DNA of 64,000 nucleotides from Macrostomum hystrix (Eukaryota; Animalia; Platyhelminthes), in the NCBI GenBank assembly GCA_950097015.1, contig CATNEN010000038.1, positions 15,438,001 through 15,502,000 on the forward strand, in the 5' to 3' direction. The notes below the pieces were generated by a model. The model saw nothing but the letters and a program-made list of their open reading frames with translations, did no database searches and was not told the origin of the DNA. The translations under genes and the position numbers were made by a program. Below, in pieces: positions 47,001 to 59,000 of this stretch. The first letter of the stretch is position 1; every line of letters begins with the position of its first letter.

Positions 47001-47427
47001 CAGGCTTTGCTGCCCTACCCACCACCTCAGATCCTCAGGCTTGGCTGCCACACCACCTCAGATCCTCAGGCTTGGCTGCCCCACCCACCACCTCAGATCC
47101 TCAGGCTTGGCTCCCACACCACCTCAGATCCTCAGGCTTGGCTGCCACACCACCTCAGATCCTCAGGCTTTGCTGCCCCACCCACCACCTCAGATCCTCA
47201 GGCTTTGCTGCCCCACCACCTCAGATCCTCAGGCTTGGCTGCCACACCACCTCAGATCCTCAGGCTTGGCTCCCACACCACCTCAGATCCTCAGGCTTGG
47301 CTCCCACACCACCTCAGATCCTCAGGCTTGGCTCCCACACCACCTCAGATCCTCAGGCTTGGCTGCCACACCACCTCAGATCCTCAGGCTTTGCTGCCCC
47401 ACCACCTCAGATCCTCAGGCTTGGCTG
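44010..47427. repeat. 31-bp minisatellite (atcctcaggcttggctgccacaccacctcag) with 25- and 35-bp variants
   Basis: Direct inspection; 3.4 kb. Confidence 0.97.
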
Positions 47428-48359
47428 ATTATACTAAAAGTTAAATTTAGTATAATATCTAAAGCAGGCCTTTTCCGTTTTCATAGTTTCTTAAATTATC
47501 TAAGATCCTCGCAATAGCTTGTCTGTTGTATTTAATTTATTTGATATGAATCTGTAACAAAAAAATTTAGTTCGCATTTTTGTCGTTTGTCTCTAGAAGC
47601 TGTCGTTTTTCATTGAAGGCTTTTTTTAAGTTAAGTACGAGCAAAGTAGTAGCTGAGCTTTTTATCTGTCGATTGAGCATTAAGGAACTAAAAATGATTT
47701 GCGTTTTATGTTAAAAATTGAATTCTATTATTTACAAAATAAGCTAGGTGCCCACCGCTGTTACTTGACTCTCTAGTTCAGTACCGTAATTGACACACAT
47801 TTTGGCTTGAAATTTCAATACTTTTTCCCCCATTTTTTCGCATTATTGGCATAACCAACTAATCCAAAAACTATTTTTTGTTTTGCTAACGACAAATGTT
47901 ACAAATTTCTACAAACGTTACAATGATCAAAGCAGAAATAATGCAACTTTTTAAAACTAGCCTGTTTATTTTTTATTTGGTCTTTGCCAATGTAGATTTT
48001 AAAAAACGAAGTTTGCCGATAATCCGTGTTGTCAATGTTAACAGCCTTAGGCTCTGATCAATTCTCAGTCCTTTTGTAGGAAAATATGTTTCAATATTAC
48101 AATTTGCTGTGCTCCGAATTTAGGAATTCGTTCGTGCTGTTAACACATTTTCAAAACCGATATTTCTGATAATTAATGCACTATTTTGAATAAAGAAATG
48201 AAAAAAAGTAAAAACATGTTGCTGCTTTTATCGTTAAAGTTTTTTCTTCTTTTTTGTTTCGTTATTCGAGTAGTTGATTTAAGAGCTTATTTAGCTTACT
48301 TTCATTGTCAGTTCATAAGTACCCGAAGCAGTTAGTTTGCAATACGAGCTACCAGGCCC

Positions 48360-50355
48360 TCTACTTCATACTCTACATATCATTTCCGGTCTACTTTTAA
48401 CTCTACTCTATCATTCCCAGTCTACTTCTAACTCTACCCTATCATTCCCAGTCTACTTTTAACTCTATTCTATCATTCCCAGTCTACTTTTAACTCTACT
48501 CTATCATTCCCAGTCTACTTCTAACTCTAACCCATCATTCCCAGTCTACTTCTAACTCTACCCTATCATTCCCAGTCTACTTTTAACTCTACCCTATCAT
48601 TCCCAGTCTACTTCTAACTCTACCTATCATTCCTACTCTACTTCTAACTCTACCCTATCATTCCTTCTCTACTTAAACTCTACTCTATAATTCCCAGTCT
48701 ACTTCTAACTCTACCTATCATTCCTTCTCTACTTCTAACTCTACCTATCATTCCTACTCTACTTCTAACTCTACCTATCATTCCTACTCTACTTCTAACT
48801 CTACTCTATTATTCCCAGTCTACTTCTAACTCTACCTATCATTCCTTCTCTACTTCTAACTCTACCTATCATTCCTACTCTACTTCTAACTCTACCTATC
48901 ATTCCTTCTCTACTTATAACTCTACTCTATTATTCCCAGTCTACTTCTAACTCTACCTATCATTCCTTCTCTACTTATAACTCTACCTATCATTCCTTCT
49001 CTACTTATAACTCTACTCTATAATTCCCAGTCTACTTCTAACTCTACCTATCATTCCTTCTCTACTTCTAACTCTACCTATCATTCCTACTCTACTTCTA
49101 ACTCTACCTATCATTCCTACTCTACTTCTAACTCTACCTATCATTCCTTCTCTACTTATAACTCTACTCTATTATTCCCAGTCTACTTCTAACTCTACCT
49201 ATCATTCCTACTCTACTTCTAACTCTACTCTATTATTCCCAGTCTACTTCTAACTCTACCTATCATTCCTTCTCTACTTCTAACTCTACCTATCATTCCT
49301 ACTCTACTTCTAACTCTACCTATCATTCCTACTCTACTTCTAACTCTACTCTATTATTCCCAGTCTACTTCTAACTCTACCTATCATTCCTTCTCTACTT
49401 CTAACTCTACCTATCATTCCTACTCTACTTCTAACTCTACCTATCATTCCTTCTCTACTTATAACTCTACTCTATTATTCCCAGTCTACTTCTAACTCTA
49501 CCTATCATTCCTTCTCTACTTATAACTCTACCTATCATTCCTTCTCTACTTATAACTCTACTCTATAATTCCCAGTCTACTTCTAACTCTACCTATCATT
49601 CCTTCTCTACTTCTAACTCTACCTATCATTCCTACTCTACTTCTAACTCTACCTATCATTCCTACTCTACTTCTAACTCTACCTATCATTCCTTCTCTAC
49701 TTATAACTCTACTCTATTATTCCCAGTCTACTTCTAACTCTACCTATCATTCCTACTCTACTTCTAACTCTACTCTATTATTCCCAGTCTACTTCTAACT
49801 CTACCTATCATTCCTTCTCTACTTCTAACTCTACCTATCATTCCTACTCTACTTCTAACTCTACCTATCATTCCTACTCTACTTCTAACTCTACCTATCA
49901 TTCCTTCTCTACTTATAACTCTACTCTATTATTCCCAGTCTACTTCTAACTCTACCTATCATTCCTTCTCTACTTATAACTCTACCTATCATTCCTTCTC
50001 TACTTATAACTCTACTCTATAATTCCCAGTCTACTTCTAACTCTACCTATCATTCCTTCTCTACTTCTAACTCTACCTATCATTCCTACTCTACTTCTAA
50101 CTCTACCTATCATTCCTACTCTACTTTTAACTCTACCTATCATTCCTTCTCTACTTATAACTCTACTCTATTATTCCCAGTCTACTTCTAACTCTACCTA
50201 TCATTCCTACTCTACTTCAAACTCTACCCTCTCATTCCAAGTCTACTTTTAACTCTACCCTATCATTTCCAGTCTACTTCTAACTCTACCCTCTCATTCC
50301 AAGTCTACTTTTAACTCTACCCTATCATTTCCAGTCTACTTCTAACTCTACCCTC
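48360..50355. repeat. 30/31-bp G-poor minisatellite (ctacttctaactctacctatcattccttct)
   Basis: Direct inspection; ends just before the STX5 acceptor. Confidence 0.97.
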
Positions 50356-50522
50356 GCATACCCACTCCACTTCTCATTTCGCCCTCTCATTACCACTGTG
50401 TTTCTCAGTCTACCCTCTAATTTAGTCTTTTCTATCATTTCAGACTGACTGCAGAGACCACACGACAAATCAATATAAGCAAATCGACAATAGCTAGACT
50501 ACAGCACAGTCTAAATAAAGTC

Positions 50523-53134
50523 ATGACGGCCTGTAGAGATCGAACCAACGAGTTCCAATCTGTGGTACAGTTGATGCGCGGTCGCCTAGGCAACGGTGCC
50601 GCAGCTCCGGCGTCGGCTTCGGCAGATTCATCGTCGGCCCGAGCCAGGCTGCACCAGCGCAGCCAGTTCAACCAGCTGGCCAGGCGGGTTGGCGCCGATT
50701 TGAAAAACACCTGCGCCAAAGTTGAAAAACTGGCTTTGCTGGCTAAAAGACAGAGTCTATTTGATGATAGGGTGCCGGAAATACAAGAGCTAACCTATAT
50801 TGTGCGCCAGGATTTGAATGCTCTCAATCAGGCCATCGGCTCATTGCAGGTGAGATTAACGGCGTCTTTCAAGCAGCGTCAAGATATTCAAGGATTCTCG
50901 TCGGGGTGTCAGGTGGCAAAACCACCAATATAGGCATAAATTTTCTGCTCACAAAATTCCATCATGGAACCATGTCGGCTCCACAAACTATGTCCATCAG
51001 TCGCAGAGACTTGTTCTCAAAATCCCAGTCACCAGGGTACCCTTCATTGCCACCCGATCGGCATCTCAAAGATGACTGCTTGTGTTGAAGGTCCCGACGG
51101 TCGCGGCCGATGCTCCAGACGCCGATTAAAATGTTTATAAAGCTATCAATGTTATTTGTCCTTGTCACCAGGGTCTTCGACGAGAATCGCTGAATATCTC
51201 GACGATGCTGACGTCGGACAGCTTTGAAAGTCAAAAATTTTATCGTAAAGGGCGGAAAATTTTTATCCACATCCATACTGTGGACTTTTACGAAAATCGG
51301 TCATTCGGTTTGGGAGCTGTCGAGTTTGTAGTGGGTATTTGAAATACCCCAACGTGGTTTTTCCCCAGAAAGTTTGTTGCACCTTTCACTCAAACGTCAA
51401 CTGACTAAACTTGTAATAGAAATTCGTTATGCTTTTAATTTGTTTTAATCAAGATCGTCAGAATTTGAAAATTTGAAAACGTAAATAAATGAAATATATT
51501 TCCCGACAGGAGGTCTCAAGGCGAGGTCAGAGCCACTTCCAGCAGCAGCAGCAGCAGCAGTCGCGCACCCACAGTAACTCCGTGGTGCTGGCACTTCAGA
51601 CCCAGCTAGCCAACATGTCTGACAGATTTCGTGACGTCCTGGAAGCACGGACTGAGACTTTGAAGCAGAACGCCGCGCGCAGAGAACAGTTCTCGGCTTC
51701 CTCCAGCACTGTTGATCTGCTGGCTAAGCCGTCCCTGCTGGCTCAGGATGATCAGCTGCACCGGACTAACTCCGAAGTAGCCATAGACATGTCCGGGGCT
51801 GAGGCCAGCTGGCGCAGGTGAGGGCCATGTGCATTGTACGCATTCGTCAGCTTGCACCCAATGTACACTCACGCACTCTGTCTACCCCAAAGTACGCTCA
51901 CCCACTCTGTCTACCCCAAAGTACACTCACCCACTCTGTCTACCCCAAAGTACGCTCACCCACTCTGTCTACCCCAAAGTACACTCACCCACTCTGTCTA
52001 CCCTAAAGCACACTCACCCACTCTGTCTACCCCAAAGTACACTCACCCACTCTGTCTACCCCAAAGTACACTCACCCACTCTGTCTACCCCAAAGTACAC
52101 TCACCCACTCTGTCTACCCCAAAGTACACTCACCCACTCTGTCTACCCCAACGTACACTCACCCACTCTGTCTACCCCAAAGTACGCTCACCCACTCTGT
52201 CTACCCCAAAGTACACTCACCCACTCTGTCTACCCCAAAGTACACTCACCCACTCTGTCTACCCCAAAGTACACTCACCCACTCTGTCTACCCCAAAGTA
52301 CACTCACCCACTCTGTCTACCCCAAAGTACACTCACCCACTCTGTCTACCCCAACGTACACTCACCCACTCTGTCTACCCCAAAGTACGCTCACCCACTC
52401 TGTCTACCCCAAAGTACACTCACCCACTCTGTCTACCCCAAAGTACACTCACCCACTCTGTCTACCCCAACGTACACTCACCCACTCTGTCTACCCCAAA
52501 GTACACTCACCCACTCTGTCTACCCCAAAGTACACTCACCCACTCTGTCTACCCCAGCGTACACTCACCCACTCTGTCTAGCCCAACGTACACTCACCCA
52601 CTCAATGCCTGCTCAAATGTAAACTCACCCACTATGCCTGCTCCAATGTACACTCACTCACTCTACTGTATGCTGTACTGTATGCTGTACTGTATGCCTG
52701 TGCCAAGGTGCACACTATGTTCAGCCCTGTGTACATCCGTTGTGATCCAAATGTACACTGGCATTCGGGCAAGTCACAATATATATTGTTATTGCTATAT
52801 AGCCACACCCGGCCTTCACTGCAGGCAACAGCAAGCGCTGCTAGACCAGAACGAAGAATATTTGACCAGTCGAGCGGACACAATGCGCAACATTGAGCAG
52901 ACAATGGTGGATCTGGGCCAGATATTTCAGCAATTGGCCACCATTGTCAAGGAGCAAGATGAAATGGTTCAACGCATCGACGCCAGCGTGGAACAGACTG
53001 CCATCAATGTGGAAGGCGCCCACACTGAGCTATTGAAATTCTTTAAGACTGTCTCTTCAAATAGGCGACTAATGTTTAAAGTGTTTGGCATTCTCATTGT
53101 GTTCTTTGTACTATTTGTGGTGTTCCTGTCCTAA
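50523..53134 (+). CDS. STX5: Syntaxin-5; exons 50523-50849, 51510-51817, 52825-53134
   Basis: RDRTNEF N-peptide, KVEKLALLAKRQSLFDDR.PEIQELTYIV, SNARE motif RADTMRNIEQTMVDLGQIFQQLA, C-terminal TM segment. Confidence 0.96.
50865..51215. mobile_element. Degenerate MITE-like element in STX5 intron 1
   Basis: Imperfect ~33-bp inverted repeat: cagcgtcaagatattcaaggattctcgtcg (50874-50903) vs cgacgagaatcgctgaatatctcgacgatgctg (51178-51210). Confidence 0.45.
51855..52660. repeat. 29-bp minisatellite (gtacactcacccactctgtctaccccaaa) in STX5 intron 2
   Basis: Direct inspection. Confidence 0.95.
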
Positions 53135-53387
53135 AGACTGGCCTAGCCGGTGTTTTCTTGTGTTTATCAATATTTATTTGGGTTGCTTTTGTCTGTCTCT
53201 GTCCTTTCAATTGTGTCAACTCTCTGGTGGTGCTCACTGGGTGTTTTGAGTAGCGATTCGACTGCGTACAGTGGACACTAATGCTAATAGGCTACTAAAA
53301 AACATTAAAAAATATTTTTAATATAACTTTAAATATAACCAAACATTAACTAAATACTCGTAAACCAACTTACACTCACTTTCTGCA

Positions 53388-54427
53388 AGCCCCAATGTAC
53401 ACTCACTCTGATCCAGCCCCAGTGTACACTCACTCTGAGCCAGCCCCAATGTACACTCACTCTGAGCCAGCCCCAATGTACACTCAATCTGAGCCAACCC
53501 TAATGTACACTTACTCTGAGCCAGCCCCAATGTACACTCACTCTGAGCCAACCCTAATGTACACTCAATCTGAGCCAGCCCCAATGTACACTCAATCTGA
53601 GCCAACCCTAATGTACACTCACTCTGAGCCAACCCTAATGTACACTCACTCTGAGCCAGCCCCAATGTACACTCAATCTGAGCCAACCCTAATGTACACT
53701 TACTCTGAGCCAGCCCCAATGTACACTCACTCTGAGCCAACCCTAATGTACACTCAATCTGAGCCAGCCCCAATGTACACTCAATCTGAGCCAACCCTAA
53801 TGTACACTCACTCTGAGCCAACCCTAATGTACACTCACTCTGAGCCAGCCCCAATGTACACTCAATCTGAGCCAACCCTAATGTACACTTACTCTGAGCC
53901 AGCCCCAATGTACACTCACTCTGAGCCAGCCCCAATGTACACTCACTCTGAGCCAGCCCCAATGTACACTCAATCTGAGCCAACCCTAATGTACACTTAC
54001 TCTGAGCCAGCCCCAATGTACACTCAATCTGAGCCAACCCTAATGTACACTCACTCTGAGCCAGCCCCAATGTACACTCAATATGAGCCAACCCTAATGT
54101 ACACTCAATCTGAGCCAACCCTAATGTACACTTACTCTGAGCCAGCCCCAATGTACACTCACTCTGAGCCAACCCTAATGTACACTCAATCTGAGCCAAC
54201 CCTAATGTACACTCACTCTGAGCCAGCCCCAATGTACACTCACTCTGATCCAGTCCCAATGTACACTCAATCTGAGCCAACCCTAATGTACACTCAATCT
54301 GAGCCAACCCTAATGTACACTCAATCTGAGCCAACCCCAATGTACACTCAATCTGAGCCAACCCCAATGTACACTCAATCTGAGCCAACCCCAATGTACA
54401 CTCAATCTGAGCCAACCCTTATGTACT
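53388..54427. repeat. 27-bp minisatellite (aatgtacactcactctgagccagcccc)
   Basis: Direct inspection. Confidence 0.95.
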
Positions 54428-55199
54428 GGCATCTGTGCCAGACCAATAAAGACATTGAAAAAAAATTATGCAATAATACTAACAGTAGTATTGCCAAGCT
54501 TTTTCTGTGTTTCTCGATAATTTTTTGCTTTTTGCTTTTGCTTTGTCTTGCTTTTCTTCAGTAGAAAAAACTGTCTGCTTAGTCAATAATATTTTTTGTT
54601 AACTAACCAATGAGTGCCTGGTGACGGAATTTTACGCAGAAACCATTAGTTTAAGGTATTCAAGCCCTCATTTTGGGTTCTTACAAAATCAGTTCTGCAT
54701 CCCTGGGTTTATGTAATTATTATGTTTATGTATCGAGTTATGAAAATATGACGATTTTACTCTAACCATCTTATTGTGGCTATTTTTCAATTGCTTTCAT
54801 ATTTTGTTTCGTTATTAAAAATGTTTTTCAAGTGTCTATCGCCGAACTAAAAACTAATACTCTATTGGCGAGGTTTGTACAGAAAAGTTTAACTTCTAAA
54901 AAATGAAACAATCTGCAAGTTTGGCACTGTTTGTTAATTTGTCATGATAGTTTTTAGATTTGCTTTTTTACGTAACTTATGCAATGGTAGTTGATGCTTA
55001 CTTGTGCCGTTTTAATGAAGCTAATATTTTCGCACATCACCTGTGGTACAAAGAATTTCATAGCAGTATGACTAGCAAAATTTTTGTGTTATTTGCTTAC
55101 ATGTGCTTATGATACTTATACAGAGAGACACTAGATTTTATTTCAATTTCGGCGTCACGCTTTGTCCTTTCATTGTTTTACGTGTCACTCAACACCATC

Positions 55200-55952
55200 T
55201 CAAGCCTGACCAAATGTACACGCACTCAAAAACATTCTCCGGTCGGCCCCGATGTACACTTAAAACCATTCTTCGGAATGTACACTCATTCAAAACCATT
55301 TCCCGATCTGCCCGAATGTACACAGACTTAAGACCATTTCCCGGTCTGCGCCAATGTGCACTCACTCTCCGGCCTGCCCTAATGTACATTTACTCAAGAT
55401 GATTCTCCGACCTGCCCCAATGTACTCGTACACTCATTCAAAACCATTTCCCGGCCTGCCCCAATGTACACAGACTGCAGACCATTTCCCGGCCCGCCCC
55501 AATGTACACAGACTGCAGACCATTTCCCGGCCTGCCCCAATGTACACAGACTGCAGACCATTTCCCGGCCTGCCCCAATGTACACAGACTGCAGACCATT
55601 TCCCGGCCCGCCCCAATGTACACAGACTGCAGACCATTTCCCGGCCTGCCCCAATGTACACAGACTGCAGACCATTTCCCGGCCTGCCCCAATGTACACA
55701 GACTGCAGACCATTTCCCGGTCTGCCCCACTATACACTCAGTCTCCGGCCTGCCCTAATGTACATTTACTCAAGACGATTCTCCGGCCTGCCCTAATGTA
55801 CATTTACTCAAGGCCACTCTCCGGCCTGCCCCAATGTACACTCATTCGAGACCATGTCCCGGCCTGCCCCTATGTAAACTCACCTATGATTTCCCCGCCT
55901 GCTCCGATGTACGCTCACACAAAACCACTCTCCGGTCTGCCCAATGTACATT
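55200..55952. repeat. 38-bp minisatellite (aatgtacacagactgcagaccatttcccggcctgcccc) with degenerate flanks
   Basis: Direct inspection. Confidence 0.92.
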
Positions 55953-56057
55953 CATTAAAGCTACAGTGTATTCTTTCTGTTATTTATAGACACAAGATAA
56001 TAACGGCCGTATTAACTACTATTAATTGCATTAATTGCAGCTCCCACTAGCAGCGCA

Positions 56058-59000
56058 ATGTCGGCCTCAGCAATCTATATCCTGGACAGCAAGGGCAAGG
56101 TGCTAATTAGTCGCAATTATCGCGGCGACATCTGCATGTCGGTAATCGAGAAGTTCATGCCGCTGCTGATGGATCGCGAGGAGGAGGGCTCCGTCCAGCC
56201 TGTCGTTCCGTGCGAAGACGTCTTCTTCATGTACATCAAGCACAGCAACGTGTACATTGTGGCCACCACTAAGAAAAACGCCAATGCGGGTTTGGTGTTC
56301 TCATTTCTGTACAAGGTTGCTGACATCTTTGTCGAGTACTTCAAGGTGAAATCATTACATATCTTATAATTTAATTTGAAGAAAATCTTAATCTTAGTGA
56401 CTTTTTAGTCACTATACTTATACCTATACTTAATCTCTAGTAATAAATAAAACTAATTCCAAGAATCACTGAAATCCCATTCCCTATACGAGAATGTACA
56501 TTCTCGTCTGTCTCGTATTCTAGGTTCACTGAAAATTCTTGCTATCCATGTGTTCTAAAAAATCCTAATTCCTAGATCGAATAATCACCTAATTCCTCAT
56601 CTCTAGAATCTTAGAATCATGGAAATCTTAAGCCCTAAATCCTAGAGCCATGGAAATCCTAATCCTAAAATCCTAGAATCATAAAAATCCCAATTCCTAA
56701 ATCCTTTAATCATGGGAATCCAAATCCCTAAATCCTTTAATCATGGGAATCCAAATCCCTAAATCCTTTAATCATGGGAATCCAAATCCCTAAATCCTTG
56801 AATCATGGGAATCCCAATCCCTAAATCCTTCTATTAATGAAATTCCAATCCCTAAATCCTTCTATTAATAAAATTCCAATCCCTAAATCCTTCTATTAAT
56901 GAAATTCTAATCTCTAAATCCTTCGATTAATGGAATTCCAATCCCTAAATCCTTCAATCATAGAAGTCCCAATCCTTAAATCCTTTAATCATGAAAATCC
57001 CAATTCCTAAATCCTTCAGTCATGGATATCCCAATCCCTAAATCCCTCGATTAATGAAATTCCAATCCCTAAATCCTTTAATCATGGGAATCCCGATCCC
57101 TAAATCCTTTAATCATGGGAATCCCGATCCCTAAATCCTTCAGTCATGGAAATCCCAATCCCTAAATCCTTCAATCATGGAAATCCCAATCCCTAAATCC
57201 TTCAGTCATGGAAATCCCAATCCCTAAATCCTTCGATTAATGAAATTCCAATCCCTAAATCCTTCAGTCATGGAAATCCCAATCCCTAAATCCTTCGATT
57301 AATGAAATTCCAATCCCTAAATCCTTCAATCATAAAAATCCCAATCCCAAAATCCTTCAATCATGAAAATCCCAATTCCTAAATCCTTCAATCATGGAAA
57401 TCCCAATCCCTAAATCCTTTAATCATAAAAATCCCAATCCCTAAATCCTTTAATCATGGGAATCCAAATCCCTATATCCTTTAATCATGGGAATCCCGAT
57501 CCCTAAATCCTTTAATCATGGGAATCCCGATCCCTAAATCCTTCAGTCATGGAAATCCCAATCCCTAAATCCTTCAATCATGGAAATCCCAATCCCTAAA
57601 TCCTTCAGTCATGGAAATCCCAATCCCTAAATCCTTCGATTAATGAAATTCCAATCCCTAAATCCTTCAATCATGGAAATCCCAATCCCAAAATCCTTCA
57701 ATCATGAAAATCCCAATTCCTAAATCCTTCAATCATGGAAATCCCAATCCCTAAATCCTTTAATCATAAAAATCCCAATCCCTAAATCCTTTAATCATGG
57801 GAATCCAAATCCCTATATCCTTTAATCATGGGAATCCCGATCCCTAAATCCTTTAATCATGGGAATCCCGATCCCTAAATCATTCAATCATGGGAATCCC
57901 GATCCCTAAATCCTTCAGTCATGGAAATCCCAATCCCTAAATCCTTCAATCATGGAAATCCCAATCCCTAAATCCTTCAATCATGGAAATCCCAATCCCT
58001 AAATCCTTCAATCATGGAAATCCCAATCCCTAAATCCTTCAATCATGGAAATCCCAATCCCTAAATCCCTCAATCATGGAAATCCCAATCCCTAAATCCT
58101 TCAATCATGGAAATCCCAATCCCTCCCCGCGCAACAGGACCTGGAGGAGGAGAGCATTCGAGACAACTTCGTCATCATCTACGAACTGCTGGACGAAGTG
58201 ATGGACTTCGGCTTCCCCCAGACCACCGACACCCGCATCCTGCAGGAGTTCATCACCCAGGAGAGTCACAAGCTGGAGGTGGCGCCAAAGCTGCCCCCGG
58301 CTGTCACCAACGCCGTTTCCTGGCGGTCCGAGGGCATCAAATATCGCAAGAACGAAGTCTTCCTAGATGTCATCGAGAGCGTCAACCTCATGGTTAGCGC
58401 CACCGGCAATGTTCTGCGCAGCGAAATTGTCGGCTGCATCAAAATGAGAGATTATCTCAGCGGCATGCCTGAACTCAGGCTAGGACTCAACGATCGGGTG
58501 CTGTTTGAGTCGACTGGAAGTGAGTGTCTCATTGCTGATTGCAGTTTCTGTTGGACTTCCCATGGTCTGTTAGATTTCCCATGGTCTGTTAGATTTCCCA
58601 TAGTCTGTTAGATTTCCCATGGTCTGTTAGATTTCCCAAAGTCTGTTAGATTTCCCATAGTCTGTTAGATTTCCCATGGTCTGTTAGATTTCCCATGGTC
58701 TGTTAGATTTCCCATAGTCCGTTAGATTTCCCATAGTCCGTTAGATTTCCCATAGTCTGTTAGATTTCCCATGGTCTGTTAGATTTCCCATAGTCTGTTA
58801 GATTTCCCATGGTCTGTTAGATTTCCCATAGTCTGTTAGATTTCCCATAGTCCGTTAGATTTCCCATAGTCCGTTAGATTTCCCATAGTCTGTTAGTTTT
58901 CCCATGGTCTGTTAGATTTCCCATAGTCTGTTAGATTTCCCATAGTCTGTTAGATCTCCCATAGTCTGTTAGATTTCCCATAGTCTGTTAGATTTCCCAT

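Noticed and set aside
43978-47517. ORFs of 1179, 1096 and 477 aa
   Set aside because: All three frames read through a stop-poor 31-bp minisatellite with frame-shifting unit lengths; not coding
51829-56050. Repetitive ORFs (MYTHSEPAP, LGLAQSECT, YTHPLCLPQ and similar)
   Set aside because: Translations of the 27-, 29- and 38-bp arrays, one of which lies inside an STX5 intron; open on both strands or in several frames
56610-58123. Telomere-like CCCTAA(A)
   Set aside because: A single hexamer embedded in a 31-bp unit, not tandem telomeric repeat
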